Of a stretch of 64,000 bases of DNA, positions 41,295-48,594 are shown piece after piece (within the stretch, counting starts at the first letter, position 1; each line of letters starts with the position of its first letter). Source of the DNA: a virus. The position numbers were made by a program, and so were the translations under genes. Location: the IMG/VR virus record IMGVR_UViG_3300034349_000008. The stretch is one strand, 5' to 3'. The notes beneath the pieces are model-generated. The model was given only the letters and a program-made list of their open reading frames with translations. It was not told the DNA's origin and did not search any database.

Positions 41295-41798
41295 ATGTAT
41301 CAGAAGTACACAGAAGAAGTTCGTCGTTGGAACGAAGTCATGTTGAATGCACCGGGTGCAACTGATCAAGCAACTATTGCAAAGATTGGTCGTCAAGCTA
41401 ACTTTGTTATCGAAGAAGCAAAAGAAATCAAAGATGGTTTCGATAACACGGACGTTCAAGAAATGCTGGACGGTCACCTTGATACTCGTTTCGTTAACGA
41501 TCAAATCGGTGTATATCTGGAAGCACTTGGTATTGACCTTGAGGCTGCTTGGGATGAGGTATGCGCTTCAAACAACTCCAAGTTTAGCACTGACCTAGAT
41601 ATGATGATTAAGAGTGCTCAACGGTTGACTGATGAGCTTGGTGATGAGGTTGTTGTTCAACTTGCTCCATATGCTGAAGGTCAACCAACTACTTACATCC
41701 TGAAGCGTCTGAGTAATGGTAAGATCATGAAGCCGGATTGCTTCCGTGAACCCAATCTTGGTCAGTTTATTCCTAAACATTTGCGAGGAGAAATGTAA
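41295..41798 (+). CDS. MazG/HisE-like all-alpha NTP pyrophosphohydrolase (167 aa)
   Basis: VIEEAKEIKDG..EMLDGHLD acidic helix pairs typical of MazG-type enzymes. AAGGAG upstream. Confidence 0.5.
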   Translation: MYQKYTEEVRRWNEVMLNAPGATDQATIAKIGRQANFVIEEAKEIKDGFDNTDVQEMLDGHLDTRFVNDQIGVYLEALGIDLEAAWDEVCASNNSKFSTDLDMMIKSAQRLTDELGDEVVVQLAPYAEGQPTTYILKRLSNGKIMKPDCFREPNLGQFIPKHLRGEM

Positions 41799-41799
41799 T

Positions 41800-42501
41800 A
41801 TGTTTAATATTGGTGATAAAGTTAAAGTTGTAGAAGCTCATGACGTTTGGTTGACACAACATGGTCTAAATAATGACACAATCCTGACCATTGTTGATAA
41901 TGACGAATACCAACGCGATTATATAAACAAGGATGAATTTACAGTTGAGATAGATGGTGTCAAATATAACGAATCTGATTTTCAGAAGGTGTCAGACAGT
42001 TACTTCCAAGGTGGTTTGATTGAAGGAAAGAACGCTGGTCTAATTGGTGAACAATGTCCTGAAACCATTATCCCAGTTGAACGTGCTGAGAATCTTCGAT
42101 TGATGTGTAATGCAGTTGGTGTGACTCTACCATTCCAAAGCTTCCATCTGGGTGCTGTATGTAACGAACCACCTGAGTTGGGTGTGTATCGTCCTAACTT
42201 GGAAGATCGCAAGGTTGGTAAGGTTCGCGTAGAGCTTGTAGATAAAGGCTTCCCAAATGCACTATGGGAGCTTGCAAAGTTGATGACTTGGGCTCAGGAA
42301 GCTAAAGGTTATAAAGATCACGATTGGAAGAATCTACCAGATGCAAGAAACTCTCTTCCTGCTGCTGCTAGTCGTCATCGTCAACAACATAATAAAGGTG
42401 AGTTCTATGACGATGAAAGTAAGCTGTATCACAAAGTAAGTGAAGCCTTTGGTGTACTTGCTGAACTTGAATTGATTTTGACCGGAAAGATTGAACTATG
42501 A
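41800..42501 (+). CDS. SH3-like domain fused to dATP/dGTP-diphosphohydrolase-like domain (233 aa)
   Basis: N-terminal MFNIGDKVKVV..IVDNDE. C-terminal GKVRVELV..ALWELAKLMTWAQEAKGYKDHDWKN..AAASRH..KGEFYDDESKLYH fits the remembered PF18909-type pattern (K.R.DL.....L..A.V...G..KY...NW...A..RH...GE..D.ES...H). Confidence 0.55.
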   Translation: MFNIGDKVKVVEAHDVWLTQHGLNNDTILTIVDNDEYQRDYINKDEFTVEIDGVKYNESDFQKVSDSYFQGGLIEGKNAGLIGEQCPETIIPVERAENLRLMCNAVGVTLPFQSFHLGAVCNEPPELGVYRPNLEDRKVGKVRVELVDKGFPNALWELAKLMTWAQEAKGYKDHDWKNLPDARNSLPAAASRHRQQHNKGEFYDDESKLYHKVSEAFGVLAELELILTGKIEL

Positions 42502-42752
42502 TTGTGCAAGGTAGTAAGACGCAAGTTGTTGATGTTGACATCGATCCAGTATCGTTCCTGAACGACTTGGAAGAGAACTGGAAAGCAATCATCCGTGTAC
42601 CTAACTCAGATATCAAAGCTGGTTACTGGGTTAGTTATGTGCCGACTCAGATGGGTGTTATTGAGGTTCGTGGTCGTCTCGCAACACAACATGAAATCAA
42701 TGTATATAAGGCATTTGAAACAGTAGCTGATGTAGCAAGAGATTTCGAATAA
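42498..42752 (+). CDS. Hypothetical protein (84 aa)
   Basis: Track ORF. ATGA overlap. Confidence 0.5.
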   Translation: MIVQGSKTQVVDVDIDPVSFLNDLEENWKAIIRVPNSDIKAGYWVSYVPTQMGVIEVRGRLATQHEINVYKAFETVADVARDFE

Positions 42753-42766
42753 ATAGTATTTAGGTA

Positions 42767-42795
42767 TTGCAATATTGGGTTGATGCTTGTATAAT
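42767..42795 (+). promoter_or_regulatory. Sigma70 promoter (TTGCAA-17-TATAAT) flanked by an inverted repeat
   Basis: TTGCAA 42767-72, TATAAT 42790-95. GGGTTGA 42777-83 and TCAACCC 42798-804 bracket the -10. Confidence 0.55.
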
Positions 42796-42826
42796 GGTCA
42801 ACCCAGTCATATAAAAGGAGAGATTT

Positions 42827-43816
42827 GTGGTAGATCAAACTAAAGCAACAGTAATCGCACATAGTAAGTCGTCAGTAACAGGTAAGGAAATCATCACCTT
42901 TGAACTAGAGTTTCCTCGCATCATCCTCGCAGAATTCAACACCCACAACGCTCTTTCCAAGAATGCAAGTAGCTCCCGTGCTATCCCTGTTCCAACCATG
43001 TTGAAGCAAGTACGTGAGAATCCAGCAATGCCTGTTCGCTTCGGTGCAGCCAACACTGGTATGCAAGATAAAGGCGAACACTACGGTGTTGTTAAAATTG
43101 GCAAACATGAATACGATCCTGAAACAGCTTGGGGTATTGGTGCTATTCAAGCAGCGTTGTTGGCTGAGAAGTTTCATGATGCAGGTTATGCTAAACAAAT
43201 TTGCAACCGGTTGATTGAACCGTTCCAGATGATGAAAGTTGTTATGACTGCAACTGAGTTGAATAACTTCATTTGGCTGCGTGATCATTTCATGGCTGAT
43301 CCAACCATTGCGGCATTGGCTCGTAAGATTAAAGCGGCATTTGAAGCAAGTGTTCCAGTTGTATTGCAACCGGGCGATTGGCATGTCCCTTATTACAATG
43401 ATGGTCAATGGATCGCTAGTCGTACACTTGAAGTACATCCTGTTGTAACTGTTGATAAGTTTGGTCATAGTCTTGAACATGCTCTGATTATTTCGTCTTC
43501 GTGTTCTGCTCAAGTTAGTTATCGTAAGCTGGATGATACGATTGAGAAAGCTCGTGGTGTTGTAGCTCGTTTGAACTTGCAAGGTGAAGAACCTGATCAA
43601 CCTGTTCATGCAAGTCCTCTAGAACACCAAGCTACACCAATTGAGAAATCTGGTACTCGATACGCTGAAGGTGATGATTATAGTAATAGTCGTGATCCTG
43701 AAACATGGCAAGAAGGTATTACACATATGGATCGTGATGGTATGTTGTGTTCTGGTAACCTGAAAAGTTGGATTCAACACCGTCAACTTGTACCAAATCA
43801 CGTAAAGAAGGGTTAA
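42827..43816 (+). CDS. thyX: ThyX-like flavin-dependent thymidylate synthase homologue with deviant signature
   Basis: FNTHNALSKNASSSRAIP occupies the place of the ThyX signature RHRxxSxxxxSxR (both flanking Arg replaced, Ser/Ser/Arg kept). LRDHFMADPTIAALARKI is also ThyX-like. GTG start after AAGGAG. Confidence 0.6.
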   Translation: MVDQTKATVIAHSKSSVTGKEIITFELEFPRIILAEFNTHNALSKNASSSRAIPVPTMLKQVRENPAMPVRFGAANTGMQDKGEHYGVVKIGKHEYDPETAWGIGAIQAALLAEKFHDAGYAKQICNRLIEPFQMMKVVMTATELNNFIWLRDHFMADPTIAALARKIKAAFEASVPVVLQPGDWHVPYYNDGQWIASRTLEVHPVVTVDKFGHSLEHALIISSSCSAQVSYRKLDDTIEKARGVVARLNLQGEEPDQPVHASPLEHQATPIEKSGTRYAEGDDYSNSRDPETWQEGITHMDRDGMLCSGNLKSWIQHRQLVPNHVKKG

Positions 43817-43818
43817 TC

Positions 43819-44259
43819 ATGTCTGAATTGAGAAAAGAAAAGTTTGACCAACCAATGGAGTTCGATCAATATCTTGGTCAGCTTGATATGGAACAACATC
43901 CACTTTGGAAAAAGGCGTGGATTGGTCAAGACAAAGAAGCATTTGATAAGATTCTACATGATCTAGGTGCTGATCTAGATTACGGTTATGACTTCCGGGT
44001 ATGTCTGTATCGTAGTCGGATGACTAACAAGGTTGAGTATGGTGTTCGTGTTGGATTCAAAGAACGTACAGATAAGTGGTGGACATCCAATATGATGGAC
44101 GCATCTGACATTGTTCGTAATACACATGATAGTATTCGGGCAACAGGTATGCGTCAATGTCTGAATGAAGATAGTCCGCTGAATGAAGTAATGATGGAAC
44201 AGGCAGCCAAGTATGCAGTGGTTGTAGACATTAAGTGTAATATGAGTGAGGTTGTGTGA
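43819..44259 (+). CDS. Hypothetical protein (146 aa)
   Basis: ATG 43819, 2 nt after the thyX-like stop. In frame with track ORF 43768..44259. Confidence 0.55.
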   Translation: MSELRKEKFDQPMEFDQYLGQLDMEQHPLWKKAWIGQDKEAFDKILHDLGADLDYGYDFRVCLYRSRMTNKVEYGVRVGFKERTDKWWTSNMMDASDIVRNTHDSIRATGMRQCLNEDSPLNEVMMEQAAKYAVVVDIKCNMSEVV

Positions 44260-44513
44260 TGAAAGTTAAAGTATTTGGTGCAGAAAACTGTGCGGGTTGT
44301 AAGACAGTTAAAGATATCTTGCGGGTTAGTGGTGTAGAGTTTCATTACTATGATGTAAATCACCATCTTGATATGGAAGTAGCATCTGAATACGGCGTCC
44401 GTAGTATTCCTACTGTGGTAATTGAACGTGGTGGTGTTCAACGGTTCTTCGTCGGTGCATCTAAGGTTCAGATTGATGCAATGTTGCTGAAAATTCAAGG
44501 GGGTAAGGTTTGA
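44259..44513 (+). CDS. nrdH: Glutaredoxin/NrdH-like redoxin (84 aa, CAGC active site)
   Basis: MKVKVFGAENCAGCKTVK..SIPTVVI thioredoxin-fold pattern. Directly upstream of the nrdB/nrdA-like genes. Confidence 0.6.
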   Translation: MKVKVFGAENCAGCKTVKDILRVSGVEFHYYDVNHHLDMEVASEYGVRSIPTVVIERGGVQRFFVGASKVQIDAMLLKIQGGKV

Positions 44514-45517
44514 AATATCTTTCCCAAATTGAAACTCCAACTGATTCGTATGTAGCTCATTACCCATGGGCAACTGAAATGGCGATTCAGCAACAATCTT
44601 TGTTCTGGCCTGCTGAAGAGTTGGGTGTAGAAGATGATGAACAAGACTTCCGTACAAACCTTACAGAAGGTGAACTGCACGGTATTCTGACTGCTCAATC
44701 TATCCTAACTCAATATGAGTTGATGATTGGTGGTGATGAATTGTGGGGTGGTAAGATTGCTAAGTTGTTTCCTCGACCTGAGATTCAACGGATGGCAGCT
44801 TGTTTTGCTAACGTAGAACTGGGTTCACATGCACCTTTCTACGATCTTGGTAACAAGGTTTTGGGTAAGGCTACTGATGAATTTTACACTCAGTGGAAGC
44901 TTGATCCAATCCTTGCTGATCGTATGGCTTTCATCAGTGAATGTGCATCTAGTAATGATGCATTGGAAGTAACTGCTGCATTGGCATTTTTGGAAGGTGC
45001 AATTCTGTTTTCTATCTTTGGTTACTTCAAAGGGTTTAACAGTCGTGGTTACAATCTGATTCCACACTTTGTTAGTGGTATTGATGGTAGCACTAAGGAT
45101 GAGAACTTCCATTCTATCGCTTCTGCTAACTTGTTTAAGCAATGTAAAGCTGAACGTAAGGAAATGGGTAATCACAGTACACGTCGTGATAACATCCTGA
45201 ATACAAAGATTGATAAGATTACAATGGATGTTTACAACCATGAATTGTTGATTATTCGTAAGATGTTTGAGGTTGGTAACAACCGTGTTGTTAAAGAACA
45301 AGAGTGTGTTGAGTTCCTTGAGGATCGGTTGGACGTTGTACGTAATCGTCTTGGTCGTCCACCAATGTTCTCACGCCCAAAGCAAGGTGTCATTAGTGGT
45401 TGGTTCTATCAGCAGTTGTCTACAGTTAAGATTCCAGACTTCTTTGCAGCAACACAACTCCAGTACACACGTAATTGGTCGAAACCTAAGCTTGGATTTA
45501 AAAGGGAGTTGGTTTAA
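44510..45517 (+). CDS. nrdB: Ribonucleotide reductase small subunit (R2)
   Basis: SLFWPAEELGVEDD, VELGSHAPFY, FLEGAILFSIFGYF and DENFHS correspond to R2 iron-ligand helices. TTG start overlaps the upstream stop. Confidence 0.8.
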   Translation: MKYLSQIETPTDSYVAHYPWATEMAIQQQSLFWPAEELGVEDDEQDFRTNLTEGELHGILTAQSILTQYELMIGGDELWGGKIAKLFPRPEIQRMAACFANVELGSHAPFYDLGNKVLGKATDEFYTQWKLDPILADRMAFISECASSNDALEVTAALAFLEGAILFSIFGYFKGFNSRGYNLIPHFVSGIDGSTKDENFHSIASANLFKQCKAERKEMGNHSTRRDNILNTKIDKITMDVYNHELLIIRKMFEVGNNRVVKEQECVEFLEDRLDVVRNRLGRPPMFSRPKQGVISGWFYQQLSTVKIPDFFAATQLQYTRNWSKPKLGFKRELV

Positions 45518-47250
45518 TGTTGATTGAAGATAATGTTGGTGAGATGCAAGAAGAAGAGTTGCAGAAGTTTGAGCAATTCAGTAAGGAACGTAAAGAGTTG
45601 CAAGCTAAAGGTTATCTACCTGATTGGTATACAACTCAAGGTTGGCAGATGTTCAAAGAGAAGTATGCTTACAAGGGTGAACAGGCTGTTCTAGGTCGTC
45701 ACCGTAAGATTGCAAACACTCTTGCTAAGCATATGAAAGGTCGTGAAGCTGAATGGGAAGAGAAGTTCTTCCGTGAGCTTTGGGATGGTGTTCTGTCACC
45801 TTCATCGCCAGCACTGGCTAACACTGGCACAGACCGTGGTATGATGGTTGCCTGTTCCGGTCAAGTGGTTGGTGACAGCGTAGAAGAGTTCTACGACGGC
45901 ATGAAAGAAACAGCATTACTATCTAAGCAAGGGTTTGGTACAAGTGCAAACTTTAGCCACATCCGTCCTCGTGGTAGTGCTATCTCTACTGGTGGTAAGG
46001 CTAATGGTGCAGTAACGGTAATTGATGACTACTTCACTGCTGTATCTAAGGTGAGTCAAGGTGGTGCACGTCGTGGTTCGATTGGTGCATATCTGGACAT
46101 TGAGCACGGTGATTGGGATGAGGCGTGTGATTCTCTGGCCCATGACCACAACGGTAAGAACTATGGTTGGATCATTAAAGATACCTTCATTGAGCGTCTG
46201 AAGAACAATGACCCTGAAGCTAACCGTCGCTGGATCAAAGCGGTTTACACAAAGCTGATTACTGGTAAAGGTTACATCTTTAAGGTTGACTGTGCTAACC
46301 GTCACCGTCCTCAGATGTATGTAGACTGGAAGCTGTTCATTGAGGCGTCCAACCTGTGTACAGAGATTATGCTTCACAGTTCTGAGATGTTGACTTACTC
46401 ATGTATTCTTGCTTCAGAGAACTTGATTCACTGGGATACCATGCCTGAGCGTGAATCTGTATTCATCGGTACAGTTTTCCTCGACTGTCTGTGTTCTGAG
46501 TTCATTGAGAAGTCTGCTGGTATTGTTGGTCTGGAAAAGGTACGTGAGTTCACCATTCGTGGTCGTGCTATTGGGTTGGGCATTATGGGTTTCCATACAT
46601 ACTTGCAATCGAAGAACATTCCATATGTGGGTTTGGAAGCTCAGTTCCTGAGTACCCGAATTGCTAAACATTTGCATGACGAATCACTTCGTGCTAGTCA
46701 GTGGTTAGCTGAAGAATACGGTAGTCCATTGTGGTGTGAAGGTTATGGTGTTCGTAATACACACCGAACTGCATATGCTCCTACAAAGACATCCAGTTTG
46801 CTGATGGGTGGTGTGAGTGAATCGTGGTTCCCTGATCCGGGTATGATTTTTGATGCTGGTTCAAGTGTTGGTGAGCTTCGTCGTATTCCACCAATGTTCT
46901 ATCAGCTTATGAAAGACAAAGGTGTGTACACAGAAGAAACTGTGATGGACATCATCAACAACCTTGGTTCTGTTCAACATGTTGATTGGTTGAATGATGA
47001 AGAGAAATTGGTTTACCTGAATGCTTACGAGATGGATCAACTGATTCTACTCCGACATGCTAGTGCTCGACAACCGTGGACATGTCAAGGTCAAAGCCTG
47101 AACTTCTACGTACCCGAGGATGGTAGTGAGGATTTGATTGCAACGCTGTTGACCAAGCTTTTGCTTGATGACAACGTTATCAGTCAGTACTATATCTATT
47201 CACGTTCTGGTGTTGTTGTCAAGGATGAATGCGTTGCCTGTGCAGCGTAA
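45517..47250 (+). CDS. nrdA: Ribonucleotide reductase large subunit (short form, no ATP-cone)
   Basis: Catalytic SNLCTEI motif. C-terminal redox pair CVAC. 577 aa. Confidence 0.8.
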   Translation: MLIEDNVGEMQEEELQKFEQFSKERKELQAKGYLPDWYTTQGWQMFKEKYAYKGEQAVLGRHRKIANTLAKHMKGREAEWEEKFFRELWDGVLSPSSPALANTGTDRGMMVACSGQVVGDSVEEFYDGMKETALLSKQGFGTSANFSHIRPRGSAISTGGKANGAVTVIDDYFTAVSKVSQGGARRGSIGAYLDIEHGDWDEACDSLAHDHNGKNYGWIIKDTFIERLKNNDPEANRRWIKAVYTKLITGKGYIFKVDCANRHRPQMYVDWKLFIEASNLCTEIMLHSSEMLTYSCILASENLIHWDTMPERESVFIGTVFLDCLCSEFIEKSAGIVGLEKVREFTIRGRAIGLGIMGFHTYLQSKNIPYVGLEAQFLSTRIAKHLHDESLRASQWLAEEYGSPLWCEGYGVRNTHRTAYAPTKTSSLLMGGVSESWFPDPGMIFDAGSSVGELRRIPPMFYQLMKDKGVYTEETVMDIINNLGSVQHVDWLNDEEKLVYLNAYEMDQLILLRHASARQPWTCQGQSLNFYVPEDGSEDLIATLLTKLLLDDNVISQYYIYSRSGVVVKDECVACAA

Positions 47251-47258
47251 TTGAATGG

Positions 47259-47281
47259 CCCCGCTTCGGCGGGGCTTTTTC
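47259..47281 (+). terminator. Rho-independent terminator (GCCCCGC-TTCG-GCGGGGC)
   Basis: 7-bp GC stem, TTCG loop, TTTTT. Confidence 0.85.
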
Positions 47282-47291
47282 GTATCTGACG

Positions 47292-47303
47292 AATGGTAGT
47301 GGA
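47292..47303 (+). promoter_or_regulatory. Extended -10-like element GAATGGTAGTGG
   Basis: TGGTAGTGG. The same GAATGGTAGT word recurs at 47953-62. No clear -35. Confidence 0.3.
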
Positions 47304-47405
47304 CAACGTTGAATGTCAAGTCTATTCTTTCAATCACACGGACGGGGGAAGGCAAGAAGCCAAGCGCAAGCGTAATTTCTTACATCCATATACGTGGTGA
47401 AAAAC

Positions 47406-47609
47406 ATGAGTAAACACAAGGTGGTGAGTCGAGTCAGTGCTGTTGTGGGGAGTGACATCCGCCACGTCTATACAGCAGACGGGGAAATACTGCTAGGAAT
47501 GATCCTGAAGCTCGGTAGAGGGAAGTACAGAGTACTACGCATGGATGGTAAAGAACGCACCAAAGAAACGCTCACAGAGGCGTTTAAAACCATTCGAAGA
47601 GCAAACTAG
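47406..47609 (+). CDS. Hypothetical basic protein (67 aa)
   Basis: ATG 47406, in frame with track ORF 47394..47609. Codon usage looks G/C-richer than the flanks. Confidence 0.45.
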   Translation: MSKHKVVSRVSAVVGSDIRHVYTADGEILLGMILKLGRGKYRVLRMDGKERTKETLTEAFKTIRRAN

Positions 47610-47618
47610 GAGTAGTAC

Positions 47619-47897
47619 ATGAACGAAGCGTATGAAGTCGAGCTGAATGATATTACGGCAAGCTTCATTGCTGAACCTTTCACAGTCGTCTTGGGAGTGG
47701 AACGACAAACCACTCTCAAGGTTGAAAGCGATGACAAGGTTCAGGGGTTCACCGACGTTGAATGGCAAGTGATTTATGCTCGTGCGTTGGTTGATGACAG
47801 ATGGACCATCCTACCGCAGACGTTGTACGATGAGATTGATGATGAACATGGTGAGATGATCGGTGACTTACTTTGGAAGTTAACATGTAGTTTGTAA
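47619..47897 (+). CDS. Hypothetical acidic protein (92 aa)
   Basis: AGGAG upstream. Followed by a terminator. Confidence 0.55.
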   Translation: MNEAYEVELNDITASFIAEPFTVVLGVERQTTLKVESDDKVQGFTDVEWQVIYARALVDDRWTILPQTLYDEIDDEHGEMIGDLLWKLTCSL

Positions 47898-47903
47898 TAA
47901 AGA

Positions 47904-47930
47904 GCCTCACTTCGGTGGGGCTTTTCTTTG
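47904..47930 (+). terminator. Rho-independent terminator (TTCG loop)
   Basis: GCCTCAC-TTCG-GTGGGGC followed by TTTTCTTT. Confidence 0.75.
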
Positions 47931-47952
47931 TCTGGGTATTTACTTTTCGGAT

Positions 47953-47964
47953 GAATGGTAGTAT
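47953..47964 (+). promoter_or_regulatory. Extended -10-like element GAATGGTAGTAT
   Basis: TGGTAGTAT. Shares GAATGGTAGT with 47292-301. Confidence 0.3.
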
Positions 47965-48007
47965 ACTTGAACTTCATATACATGTATACTAATAAAGGGA
48001 TAAGCAA

Positions 48008-48592
48008 ATGGACGTGACAAAAGACAGCTTGATTACGGCTCTTCGCCGTGTGGGTGTTTTGGGTACTGTACAAGCTGGTTACTTCGACAACTTGTTTGAT
48101 AGTACACCTAATACAGCAAATGGGTTTGGCTTCGTCAGCTATGCGAATACGATTCCATCACAAAGCCCTGAGCCGGGTGAGTGGACAACGTTGTTGAACA
48201 ACGGTGCAGGTATTTATAGCACTTCGGAGTTCCTTCCACCGGGCATTGATCGTATGTTGGATATTGAAACAGGTAGAATACTTGTTGACCAACTAGATGT
48301 CGGTGATGAAATGTATATTCGACACACCTTGAATGTCATCCCTCTTATGAATAACTTGTCGTATCAGTTAAGTCATTTGAATGGGTCGGAAGCACAAGCA
48401 TACAGACTACCACTTGGTTCTAAAACTACTTTGGTTGGTGGTGCTGTTCCAACGGACATCTTTGTTGTAGAAACACGAATCTATATTCGAAATGATGACG
48501 TTCGTTTAAATGGTATTCTTCCTCAAATCCTGTTGTCAGGTGAAGGTCGTGTTGAATATCTTGGTTCTTACATTTCAGTGAATCGGAGATAA
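48008..48592 (+). CDS. Hypothetical beta-rich protein, probably virion/fibre-associated (194 aa)
   Basis: AGGGA upstream. Directly precedes, and is almost contiguous with, the fibre-like gene. Confidence 0.5.
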   Translation: MDVTKDSLITALRRVGVLGTVQAGYFDNLFDSTPNTANGFGFVSYANTIPSQSPEPGEWTTLLNNGAGIYSTSEFLPPGIDRMLDIETGRILVDQLDVGDEMYIRHTLNVIPLMNNLSYQLSHLNGSEAQAYRLPLGSKTTLVGGAVPTDIFVVETRIYIRNDDVRLNGILPQILLSGEGRVEYLGSYISVNRR

Positions 48593-48594
48593 TT

